A DNA stretch of 64,000 bases from Acidobacteriota bacterium (lineage in GTDB: Bacteria > Acidobacteriota > Terriglobia > Bryobacterales > Bryobacteraceae), in contig JBLNDJ010000024.1 of the NCBI GenBank assembly GCA_050261515.1, positions 5,849 to 69,848 of the forward strand, read 5' to 3'. The notes under the pieces were generated by a model. It ran no database searches. It was not told the DNA's origin and was given only the letters and a program-made list of their open reading frames with translations. This document shows, piece after piece, positions 1 to 8,028 of this stretch. The position numbers and the translations under genes were made by a program. Every line of letters begins with the position of its first letter. The stretch's first letter is position 1.

Positions 1-1
1 C

Positions 2-616
2 TTCTACACGCGCCAGCGCTCGCAGCGCGGCCTGGGCGACGCCGTTCTCTGCGGCGAGAACTTCGCGGGCGAGGAGCCGTTCGTCGTCGCCCTGGGCGAC
101 TCGATCATCGGGCTGAACGCGGGCTCGCGGGCCGTTTCGCGCATGGCGGAGCTGTTCGAGGAGAAGCACGCAAGCTGCGTCATCGCGGTCGAGGAAGTGC
201 CGCCGGAGCAAACCAGCCACTATGGAATCGTCCGGCCTGCGGATGGAACCGGCGACTGGTTCCGCATCGCGAACCTGGTGGAGAAGCCTAAACCGGAAGA
301 GGCTCCGAGCAATCTCGCGATCGCGGGACGCTACGTCGTTTCGCCGCTGATCTTCGACATGATCCGGCGCGTGAAGCCGGACGCGCGCGGCGAAATCCAG
401 TTCACCGACGCGATCCAGCTCATGTGCGAAGAGGGCAAGCGCGTGCTCGCCATGAAACTGCCGGCCGCCGAGCGCCGCTACGACATCGGCAACTTCCCGA
501 GCTACTTCGAAACGTTCGTCGAGTTCGCGCTGGCGGACCCGCTTTACGGCAAGGCTTTTCGCGCGTCGCTCGAACGGATGCTCGAGAAACAGCGCGTCCC
601 GGCCGCCGGCGACTGA
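2..616 (+). CDS. galU: UTP--glucose-1-phosphate uridylyltransferase (GalU type), C-terminal part; the 5' end lies outside the window
   Basis: The frame of ORF 143..616 stays open back to nt 2. The translation FYTRQRSQRGLGDAVLCGE..EPFVVALGDSII..HYGIV..VEKPKPEEAPSNLAIAGRYV fits the GalU/NTP-transferase pattern. TGA at 614-616. Confidence 0.85.
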   Translation, partial: FYTRQRSQRGLGDAVLCGENFAGEEPFVVALGDSIIGLNAGSRAVSRMAELFEEKHASCVIAVEEVPPEQTSHYGIVRPADGTGDWFRIANLVEKPKPEEAPSNLAIAGRYVVSPLIFDMIRRVKPDARGEIQFTDAIQLMCEEGKRVLAMKLPAAERRYDIGNFPSYFETFVEFALADPLYGKAFRASLERMLEKQRVPAAGD

Positions 617-2052
617 TGCGCCGCGCATTCTTCGCCGCATTATTCGCGGCGCTCGCCGCCAGCCGCTTCTGCCACCTGCGCATCCTCTGGACCGAAGAGG
701 ACTTGCCGCTCGCCGCCGCTATCCAGATGCTTTTCGGCAAGGCTCTCTACCGCGACGTGTGGTTCGACAAGCCGCCGCTGGTTCCGGCGGTCTATCTGCT
801 CTGGGGCGCGCACACGGGCTGGCCACTGCGGCTCGCCTGCGCGCTCTACGCATTGCTGGCCTGCTGGTTGATCTACCGTTTTGCGCGCGATCTGTGGGGC
901 GAGCGCGAGGGCATGCTCGCCGCCGCCCTGCTCGGGTTTTTTCTGATCTTCGGAATTCCGGCGGCGGTGATGCCGCTCGCCGCGGACTTGCTGATGCTCG
1001 CGCCGCACATCGCGGCGGTGTATCTCGCCTGGCGCGGGCGCGCGCTGTGGAGCGGCGTGGCGGCCGGGGTGGCGTTTTTGTGCAACGCGAAGGCGGCGTT
1101 GGTGCTGGCCGCCTGCGCGGTGTTCGACCCGCGCGGCATCCCATGGCTGCTCGCCGGCTTCGCGATTCCGAACGCGGCCGCGCTGGCGTGGTTTTTCGCC
1201 ACGGGCGCGCTCCGGGATTACTACGAGCAGGTGTGGTGGCTCGGCGGGCTCTACGCGAAGAACACGTTCGTCGCGCATCCGCTGCGCGAGGGCTTCCTGC
1301 GCACCGTGAACTGGATCGGGTTCCACGCCGCGCTGTTTGTGGCGGCCGCGTGGTTCTGGCTGCGGGAACGCAAGCCCGAGCGGTGGCGCTTCGCTGTGTG
1401 GGCCGCGCTCTCGCTGGCATCGGTGGCGGCGGGATGGCGGTTCTTCCCGCGCTATTACTTCGCGCTGCTGCCCGTCATGGTGCTAGCCGCCGCCCGCGGG
1501 CTCGCGCTGCTCGGCCGGCGCCGCGCCGTTCCGGTGCTGCTGTTGCTGCTCATCCCGATGGTGCGGTTCGGCCCGCGCTACGTCACGCTGGCGCGCGAGC
1601 TCGCGGCCGGGCGCGAGCACGAATGGCGCGACGTCGCGATGGACCGCGACAGCCGCGCCGCCGCGAAGCTGATCCTGGAGCGCGCGCGCCCCGGCGACAC
1701 GCTGTTCGTCTGGGGCTACCGCCCTGACATTTTCGCCTACACGCGCATGCCTGCCGCCACGCGCTTTCTCGAATCGCAGCCATTGAGCGGTGTGTTCGCC
1801 GACCGGCACCTGTTCCAGTCCGAAGCCCTCGCGCCGGCGTGGACCGCAGGGAACCGCGCCGCGCTGCTCGCCTCGCGGCCCACGTTCGTCGTCGATGGCC
1901 TCGGCGCATTCAACCCCGCGCTCGGGATGGACGCTTATCCCGAACTGCGTTCCTGGCTGGCGCGGTACTCTCCCGCGGCGCGCACGCCGTGGACCGCGAT
2001 CTATCAATACAACGACGGCTCGCCCCGCGGACGCGTCTTCCAGCGCCGGTGA
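616..2052 (+). CDS. Polytopic membrane glycosyltransferase, GT-C fold (PMT_2/ArnT-like), 478 aa
   Basis: ATG at 616 overlaps the galU stop (TGATG). The ORF-track start at 424 lies inside galU in another frame. About 10 hydrophobic segments. A WFDKPPLVPAVY motif follows the first TM, as in ArnT/PMT_2 family proteins. Confidence 0.7.
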   Translation: MRRAFFAALFAALAASRFCHLRILWTEEDLPLAAAIQMLFGKALYRDVWFDKPPLVPAVYLLWGAHTGWPLRLACALYALLACWLIYRFARDLWGEREGMLAAALLGFFLIFGIPAAVMPLAADLLMLAPHIAAVYLAWRGRALWSGVAAGVAFLCNAKAALVLAACAVFDPRGIPWLLAGFAIPNAAALAWFFATGALRDYYEQVWWLGGLYAKNTFVAHPLREGFLRTVNWIGFHAALFVAAAWFWLRERKPERWRFAVWAALSLASVAAGWRFFPRYYFALLPVMVLAAARGLALLGRRRAVPVLLLLLIPMVRFGPRYVTLARELAAGREHEWRDVAMDRDSRAAAKLILERARPGDTLFVWGYRPDIFAYTRMPAATRFLESQPLSGVFADRHLFQSEALAPAWTAGNRAALLASRPTFVVDGLGAFNPALGMDAYPELRSWLARYSPAARTPWTAIYQYNDGSPRGRVFQRR

Positions 2053-2903
2053 ATCCAGAGCCACTGGTCGGGGTATTCGCGGATGACCGATTCGAGCACG
2101 CCCTGGAGGCGCGCCGTGTCTTCGTCCACGCGGCCTGTGATTTCGACCGGCGGGTAGAAGCGCAGCACGTAGCGCCGCTCTTGTTCGGACCATAGCGCGA
2201 AACCCGGGATGACGGCCGCTCCAGTGCGCGCGGCGATTTTCGCGAACCCGGTTCCGGCACAGGCAGGCACACCGAAGAAATCGACGAACACGCCCTGGTC
2301 GAGGCTCGAGTTCTGATCGATCAGGATGCCGACGGCCTCGTTGGCGTGGAGGGCTTTGACGAGCGTGCGGGCGAAGTCCTTCTTTTCGATAATGCGGTTG
2401 CCGGAGAGCGCGCGGCGGCGCTCGACAAGGCGATCGATGGCTGGGTTGTCGAGCGGCCGGACGATGACGTGCATGGGCCCGGTAAGCAGGCCGTGTGCGA
2501 AGGCGCTGAGCTCCCAGTTGCCGAGGTGCGCGGTCGCAAACAGCACGCCGCGCCCGGCGGCCCGCGCGCGCTCGAAGTGCTCGAATCCCTCGTAGCGGAT
2601 CCAGCCGGAGATGTTGGCCTTGCTGATTTGCGGGAACTTCGCGAAGGCCACCAGCAGGCGCGCGATGGAACGGTAGACTCCGGCGGCGATCTCGTTGCGC
2701 CGGGCCGGCGATATTTCGGGCATCGCGAATTCGAGGTTGCGCAGGGCCACGCGGCGCAGGCGCGGCACGGCGCAATCGAGCAGGCCGACGTAGAAGCGCG
2801 CGAGCCGGTCGGCCGCGGGCCTGGGAAGCCACTCGAGCGACTTCAGCACGCACACGGCCGCGCCCCATTCAAGCGCGTTGCGAACACGGGAGCGTTGTTT
2901 CAA
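2004..2903 (-). CDS. Lipid A biosynthesis / lysophospholipid acyltransferase (LpxL/HtrB family), 299 aa
   Basis: The ATAHLGNWELSA (HxxxxE) acyltransferase motif and overall LpxL-like layout. The 3' end overlaps the convergent gene 616..2052 by 49 nt. Confidence 0.8.
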   Translation of the reverse strand: MKQRSRVRNALEWGAAVCVLKSLEWLPRPAADRLARFYVGLLDCAVPRLRRVALRNLEFAMPEISPARRNEIAAGVYRSIARLLVAFAKFPQISKANISGWIRYEGFEHFERARAAGRGVLFATAHLGNWELSAFAHGLLTGPMHVIVRPLDNPAIDRLVERRRALSGNRIIEKKDFARTLVKALHANEAVGILIDQNSSLDQGVFVDFFGVPACAGTGFAKIAARTGAAVIPGFALWSEQERRYVLRFYPPVEITGRVDEDTARLQGVLESVIREYPDQWLWIHRRWKTRPRGEPSLY

Positions 2904-2928
2904 ACGTCTAGGATAACCGCGCGATCGT

Positions 2929-4077
2929 TCAGGCGGGCTGAAAGCCCGGCGCGGGCCCGCGGCCTGCCCCGCCGATCCAGCCGCCGCCCAGGACCAGGTC
3001 TCCGTCGTAGAAGACGGCGGCCTGCCCCGGTGTCACGGCGCGCTGCGGCTGGTCGAATTCCACACGGACGCTCGCGCCGCCGCCCGGGAAGATCGTCGCC
3101 TCGGCCGCAGTGTGCTTGTTGCGGATCTTGACTTGCGCGCGCACGGGCGCGGCGAGCGCGGCCCAGGCGATCCAGTTGACGGATTCGACCGTCATCTCCG
3201 CGCGCAGCAGGTCCTCATTGCGGCCGACGACCACGCGCTGCGAGGCCGGGTCGGTCGAGATCACGTAGAGCGGCTCGCCGGCGGCGATGTTCAGCCCGCG
3301 TCGCTGCCCGACCGTGTAGCGGTGCACGCCTTCGTGCGCGCCGAGCCTGCGGCCGTCGGAGGTTACGATGTCGCCGCGCGTGTGGGCCCGCTCGGCGCCC
3401 TGCTCGCGGAAATACGCGTCGATAAACTGCGCGTAGTCGCCGTTCGGGACGAAGCAGATCTCCTGGCTGTCGCCCTTTTCGGCGACCGCGAGACCCATCT
3501 CGCGCGCGAGTTCGCGCACCTGCGTTTTGCGGTAGCCGCCGAGCGGGAAGAGCGTGCGGGAGAGCTGCTCCTGGGTCAGGCCCCAGAGGAAATACGTCTG
3601 GTCGCGCGTTTCGTCCACCGCGCGCAGAAGCTGGTAGCGGCCGGTCGCTTCGTCGCGGCGGATGCGCGCGTAGTGGCCGGTCGCGATCTTTTCGGCCCCG
3701 AGCGAGGCCGCCATGTCCAGGAATCGATCGAACTTGACGAAGTTGTTGCAGAGCGTGCAGGGGACCGGCGTGCGCCCGGCGAGGTACTCGTCAATAAAGG
3801 GCCGCACCACCTCGCGCTCGAACCGCTCCTCGAAGTTGACGACGTAGTAAGGGATGCCGAGCCGCTCGGCCACCCGCCGCGCGTCGTAGACGTCGTCGAG
3901 CGAGCAGCAGCGGCCGGTGGTGGCGCCGCCCGCGGAAAGCTCGGGCAGCCGCCGCTGGTTCCAGAGCTGCATCGTGAGCCCGACCACCGGCACGCCCTCG
4001 CGCTGGAGCAGGCCCGCGACCGCCGAGCTGTCCACGCCGCCGCTCATCGCAACGGCAACGAGCCCGTTCTCAGCCAT
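2929..4077 (-). CDS. mnmA: tRNA 2-thiouridine(34) synthase MnmA, 382 aa
   Basis: N-terminus MAENGLVAVAMSGGVDSS (PP-loop SGGxDS); TGHYAR and other MnmA-typical segments. Start moved from 4155 to the ATG at 4077, which overlaps the upstream stop by 8 nt. Confidence 0.9.
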   Translation of the reverse strand: MAENGLVAVAMSGGVDSSAVAGLLQREGVPVVGLTMQLWNQRRLPELSAGGATTGRCCSLDDVYDARRVAERLGIPYYVVNFEERFEREVVRPFIDEYLAGRTPVPCTLCNNFVKFDRFLDMAASLGAEKIATGHYARIRRDEATGRYQLLRAVDETRDQTYFLWGLTQEQLSRTLFPLGGYRKTQVRELAREMGLAVAEKGDSQEICFVPNGDYAQFIDAYFREQGAERAHTRGDIVTSDGRRLGAHEGVHRYTVGQRRGLNIAAGEPLYVISTDPASQRVVVGRNEDLLRAEMTVESVNWIAWAALAAPVRAQVKIRNKHTAAEATIFPGGGASVRVEFDQPQRAVTPGQAAVFYDGDLVLGGGWIGGAGRGPAPGFQPA

Positions 4078-5230
4078 GTACCACCGGCGACACGCGGCGC
4101 AGTTGCGCGACCGTTTCGGCGACGGCCTCGATGAGCGCGTCCACCTGCGCGGCATCGTTCAAGCGGCCGAGTGAGAAGCGGATGGAGGCGCGCGCGCGAT
4201 CCGGACTCAGTCCGATCGCGGTCAGGACATGCGAGGGCTCGACGGCGCCGCTCGAGCAGGCCGCGCCGCTCGACACCGCGAATCCGCGAAGGTCGAGCGC
4301 GATCACGAGCGCCTCGCCCGCGATGCCGTCGAAGCGGATGTTGGTCGTGTTCGGCGTGCGCGGCGCGCCCGCGCCGTTCACCGCCGCGCCCGGAACGCGG
4401 TCGAGAATTCCGGCTTCCAGGCGATCGCGCAGCGCACCGACGCGCTCCGATTCCTGGACGAAGTTGTCGCTGATCCACTGCGCCGCGCGGCCGAGCGCCA
4501 CCGCGCCGGGAACGTTCTCGGTGCCGGGCCGCCGGTCGCGCTCGTGGTGCCCGCCGAACTGCACCGGGCGCAGGAGCGTCGCGGGCCGCACATAGAGCGC
4601 CCCCTCGCCCTTGGGCGCGTACACCTTGTGGCCGCTCACCGAGTAGAGATCCACGCCGAGCGCCGCGACATCGACCGGAATCTTTCCCAGCGCCTGCACG
4701 CCGTCGGAGTGAAACACGACGCCCGCCTCGCGCGCGATGCGCGAAATTTCGGCGATCGGCTGCACGGTGCCGAGCTCGTTGTTGGCGTGCATGACCGAGA
4801 TCAGGACCGTTTCGGGCCGCAGCGCGCGGCGCACGTCGTCCGGATCGACGACGCCGGCCCCGCTCACAGGCACGCGCGTGACGGCGACGCCTTCGCGCTC
4901 GAGTTCGCCGCAGGAACCCAGTACCGCCGGGTGCTCGATCGCGGACGTAATCACGTGCCTGCGCTCGCCGGGCGCGTTGCGCACCACGCCGAAGACGGCG
5001 AGATTATCCGCCTCGGTGCCGCCGCTCAGGAAGACGATCTCGCGCGGGTCCGCGTTGAGCAGCGCGGCCAGGCGCCGGCGCGCGTTCTCGAACTCGCGCT
5101 TCGCCTGCTGGCCGTAATGATGGATACTGGAGGCGTTGCCGAAGTCTTCGCGCAGCACCGCGAGCATCGCCTCGAGCACCTCGGGGGCGACGGGCGTGGT
5201 GGCGTTGTGATCGAAGTAGTAGCGGGTCAT
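4070..5230 (-). CDS. Cysteine desulfurase (NifS/IscS, class V aminotransferase), 386 aa
   Basis: MTRYYFDHNATTP N-terminus; SGHKVYAPKGEGALYV (PLP-lysine region); C-terminal SSGAAC active-site Cys loop. Start moved from 5548 to the ATG at 5230. Confidence 0.9.
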   Translation of the reverse strand: MTRYYFDHNATTPVAPEVLEAMLAVLREDFGNASSIHHYGQQAKREFENARRRLAALLNADPREIVFLSGGTEADNLAVFGVVRNAPGERRHVITSAIEHPAVLGSCGELEREGVAVTRVPVSGAGVVDPDDVRRALRPETVLISVMHANNELGTVQPIAEISRIAREAGVVFHSDGVQALGKIPVDVAALGVDLYSVSGHKVYAPKGEGALYVRPATLLRPVQFGGHHERDRRPGTENVPGAVALGRAAQWISDNFVQESERVGALRDRLEAGILDRVPGAAVNGAGAPRTPNTTNIRFDGIAGEALVIALDLRGFAVSSGAACSSGAVEPSHVLTAIGLSPDRARASIRFSLGRLNDAAQVDALIEAVAETVAQLRRVSPVVHG

Positions 5231-5261
5231 CGCTTCGGCAGGACCTCTTTTCATTGTATTC

Positions 5262-6050
5262 ATGGCTCGACGAATCGTCACCCTCACCACGGATTTCGGG
5301 CTTTCGGACCATTTCACCGGGGTCATGAAAGGCGTGATCCTGTCGATCGCGCCGGCCGCGGAAATCGTCGATATCACGCACCAGGCCGAAGCGTTCGATA
5401 TCTCCGGCGGCGCCTTCGCGATCGGCGCTGCGTACCGGTATTTCCCAAAAAAGACGGTGCACGTGGTGGTGATCGATCCAGGGGTCGGGACTTCGCGGCG
5501 GGCGCTGGTAGCCGAGGCCGCGGGCCAGTTCTTTGTCGCGCCCGACAACGGCGTGCTTTCGATGATCTACGCGCGCGAGAAGCACAAGGTGCGGGCGATC
5601 GTGAAGGATGAGTATTTCAGGAAGCCTGTCAGCCGCACGTTCCACGGCCGCGACATTTTCGCGCCCGTGGCGGCGCACCTGGCCAGGGGCGTCCCGGCGG
5701 CGCGCTTCGGCAAGCTGATCGATAACTACCTGAAGCTGCCGCTGGGCCGGCCGGTCCGGACAGGCAAGCGCTTCTGGCAGGGCACGGTTCTGAAAGTGGA
5801 CCATTTCGGCAACCTGATCACGAACTTCCACATCGACGAATTTCCGGCCCTCGCGACGCGGCCGTTCCAGTTGACGTGCGGGCAGGCGGCGCTCACGGAG
5901 CTGGTGGAGACGTTCGCGCAGGGCGCGCCGGGCGAGCCGGTCTTGGTCGTGGGCAGCTCGGGGTATGTCGAAATCGCGGCGAACCGGGCCTCGGCGGCGA
6001 AGGCGCTGGCCTGCGGGGCGGGCTCGCCGGTCGATCTGATCCTCTGGTAA
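5262..6050 (+). CDS. SAM hydroxide adenosyltransferase / DUF62 (chlorinase-fluorinase superfamily), 262 aa
   Basis: N-terminal IVTLTTDFGLSDHFTGVMKGVI is the characteristic DUF62 opening. Size and the C-terminal barrel-like half fit the family. Confidence 0.75.
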   Translation: MARRIVTLTTDFGLSDHFTGVMKGVILSIAPAAEIVDITHQAEAFDISGGAFAIGAAYRYFPKKTVHVVVIDPGVGTSRRALVAEAAGQFFVAPDNGVLSMIYAREKHKVRAIVKDEYFRKPVSRTFHGRDIFAPVAAHLARGVPAARFGKLIDNYLKLPLGRPVRTGKRFWQGTVLKVDHFGNLITNFHIDEFPALATRPFQLTCGQAALTELVETFAQGAPGEPVLVVGSSGYVEIAANRASAAKALACGAGSPVDLILW

Positions 6051-6114
6051 CCCCTTTAAATCCCCGCCCCCTCCTGCCGATGAGCATATATGGCGGCGCA
6101 CTCCGCCAAATGCC

Positions 6115-6747
6115 ATGGGCGATCAAAACCAATCCGGAGGAGAGCTCGAGCGGTGCCGCGCGGCGTTGCGGGAGCTTCACCACTCGGTGAAGAACCACCT
6201 GCAAGTGATTTCGAGCCTGCTCGATCTCGAAGCGATGCGGAGAGAGCATCCCGAGGCTCTAGCGGCGCTCGAGCGCAGCCAGCAGCGCATTCGCGCGATC
6301 GCTCTCCTGCACCAGCACCTGGATCGCGAGGCGGATCCGCCGGGCGTCGCGCTCGGCGAGTACGTCGCCGGCCTGGCCGCGGCCGTGCTGCGGGGCCAAG
6401 AACGGATCCGGCTCTCGCTCGATATCGAGCCGGTGACGCTTTCGCTCAAGCAGGCTGCGCCGTGCGGCCTGCTCATCAACGAGCTGTTGGACAACTGCGT
6501 GAAGCACGCCTTCGCGGGCGGCCGGCGGGGAGAAGTTGCGATCCGGGGCCGCCTGCTTCCGGAAAACACGCTCGAACTCGACGTCCGCGACACGGGCGTA
6601 GGGTTGCCCGCGCAGGTGGATCCGCGAACGGCGGAGACGCTCGGCCTGCACCTGGTGAGCGTGCTGGCCCGGCAGCTTCGCGGCTCGCTCGAAGTCTTCC
6701 GCGAGGGCGGCGCCGGGTTTCGCATTGCCTTCCTCCAGGAGGCCTAA
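6115..6747 (+). CDS. Soluble histidine kinase, HisKA_2/HWE-type dimerisation domain plus HATPase, no sensor domain, 210 aa
   Basis: LRELHHSVKNHLQVISSLL H-box (HisKA_2 pattern); LLINELLDNCVKHAF (N-box); DTGVGLP (G1). No TM segment and no N-terminal input domain. Confidence 0.8.
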   Translation: MGDQNQSGGELERCRAALRELHHSVKNHLQVISSLLDLEAMRREHPEALAALERSQQRIRAIALLHQHLDREADPPGVALGEYVAGLAAAVLRGQERIRLSLDIEPVTLSLKQAAPCGLLINELLDNCVKHAFAGGRRGEVAIRGRLLPENTLELDVRDTGVGLPAQVDPRTAETLGLHLVSVLARQLRGSLEVFREGGAGFRIAFLQEA

Positions 6748-7961
6748 TGAGCCAAAAGCAGATTCTGGTGGTCGAGGACGAGCAGGTCACGGCGATGGCG
6801 ATTGCCTCGGCGCTGCGTGACTTCGGGCACGAGGTGCAGCTCGCGGCCGAAGGCGGCGAGGCGCTCCGGAAGGCGGAGAGCGCGCCGTTCGATCTGGCGC
6901 TGCTCGACATACAGCTTCAGGGCGGCGTGGACGGCATCGAGGTGGCCACGCAGATCCGCGAGCGGCACGGCATTCCCTGCGTGTACCTGACGGCCTACGC
7001 CGACGAACAGACCTTCCGCCGCGCGCGCACCGCTCATCCGCTGGGGTATCTGCAAAAGCCGTTCCAGAAGGACGAGTTGCGCAACACCATCGAGATCGCG
7101 CTCGAGCACGGCAAGCGCGACATCGAACGGGATTCGACCGCCGGGCTGATGCAATCCGTGCTCGACGGGCGGCGGTCGGCGGTGATCATCGCGGACGCCG
7201 AGCGCCGGGTCCGGTTCATGAACCGTACGGCGGAGTCGCTGACCGGCTGCCAGCGCGATACGGCCGCGGGCAAGCCGGTCGGCGAAGTGCTGAAGCTCGA
7301 CGGCGGCGCGGAGCTGCTGGAAAACCTGATAGGCCGGGCGCAGGGTTCGCGCGATCAGGGAATCCCGGCGGTCGAGGCGGTGCTCGCGGGCGGAAAGGCG
7401 CCGGTCGAGATCCGCACCGCGGTCGTTATCGACGAAAGCGGCAAGGACCGCGGCATTTACATTCTGTTCGACGAGAAAGGCGCGGACGCCCCGGCGGAGG
7501 CGGTATTGCGCCCGCCGGGCTCCGGGGACCTCGTATTGCGCCCGCCGGGCTCCGGGGACCTCGAGGCCGCCGTCCAGCGCGGCGCGCACAAGTACGTGGC
7601 GTGCTACACGCTCGAGCGCCTGCAACTCATCAAGAGCCGCTTCGGGCACAAGCTCGCGCAGGACCTGCTCGAGTTCTACAGCCTGCACATCGCGCAGTCG
7701 CTGCTGCCGAGCGAGCAGGTGGTGTTCTGGGGAGACTCGTCGTTCCTGGTGCTGCTCGACCGCGCGCAGGAATCGGCCGAAAACATCCGGCGGACGCTGG
7801 CCGCCTCGGTCTCGTCGCGGCTGAGCTACTACGCCGAATACGGCACGCGCACGGCGCTTCTGACGGTGTCCGGCCGCTGGAAGATCTTCCAGTTGAACAA
7901 GGACGAGCCGCTTGAGAACCTGACCGCTGAGATCAAGGAATTCGTCACGGCCACGCCGTAA
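6747..7961 (+). CDS. Response regulator: REC - PAS - degenerate GGDEF-like output, 404 aa
   Basis: ATG at 6747 overlaps the kinase stop (TAATG). MSQKQILVVEDE..DLALLDIQL..YLQKPF is a receiver domain. MQSVLDGRRSAVIIADAERRVRFMNRTAESLTG is PAS-like. C-terminal IKSRFGHKLAQDLL...VVFWGDSSFLVLL aligns to the GGDEF fold, with WGDSSF replacing GGDEF. Confidence 0.75.
   Translation: MSQKQILVVEDEQVTAMAIASALRDFGHEVQLAAEGGEALRKAESAPFDLALLDIQLQGGVDGIEVATQIRERHGIPCVYLTAYADEQTFRRARTAHPLGYLQKPFQKDELRNTIEIALEHGKRDIERDSTAGLMQSVLDGRRSAVIIADAERRVRFMNRTAESLTGCQRDTAAGKPVGEVLKLDGGAELLENLIGRAQGSRDQGIPAVEAVLAGGKAPVEIRTAVVIDESGKDRGIYILFDEKGADAPAEAVLRPPGSGDLVLRPPGSGDLEAAVQRGAHKYVACYTLERLQLIKSRFGHKLAQDLLEFYSLHIAQSLLPSEQVVFWGDSSFLVLLDRAQESAENIRRTLAASVSSRLSYYAEYGTRTALLTVSGRWKIFQLNKDEPLENLTAEIKEFVTATP
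7503..7562 (+). repeat. Perfect 30-bp tandem duplication (2 copies) inside the response-regulator gene
   Basis: gtattgcgcccgccgggctccggggacctc occurs at 7503-7532 and again at 7533-7562. It is in frame and gives VLRPPGSGDL twice, between the PAS and GGDEF-like parts. Confidence 0.95.
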
Positions 7962-8028
7962 TCTGCTACGATTACTTACAAACATCCGGCGCGCGGGAAG
8001 AGGGGGAGGCGCACCTGATACAACGCAC

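Noticed and set aside
424-615. N-terminal extensions in the ORF track. Examples: 424, 4155, 5548, 6090, 10857, 12092, 13846, 18863, 25297, 35215, 45119, 47490, 47522 and 58594.
   Set aside because: The extensions run through the preceding gene in another frame and are Arg/Pro-rich. The conserved protein N-termini begin at internal ATG or GTG codons that overlap or abut the upstream stop codon.
1483-2868. Very long ORFs antisense to, or out of frame with, recognisable genes. Examples: 1483..2868(-), 10896..12368(-), 23632..25038(-), 36074..37765(-), 41396..42709(-), 55154..57133(-), 57123..58709(-).
   Set aside because: Their translations are dominated by Arg/Ala/Gly/Pro/His with no recognisable motifs. 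They lie opposite genes with clear family signatures. Long open alternative frames are expected in DNA this GC-rich because stop codons are rare.
7503-7562. Possible CRISPR array or other spaced repeat array.
   Set aside because: There are only two abutting copies with no spacers, and they lie inside a coding frame. I saw no other direct-repeat/spacer pattern anywhere in the window, and no cas genes.
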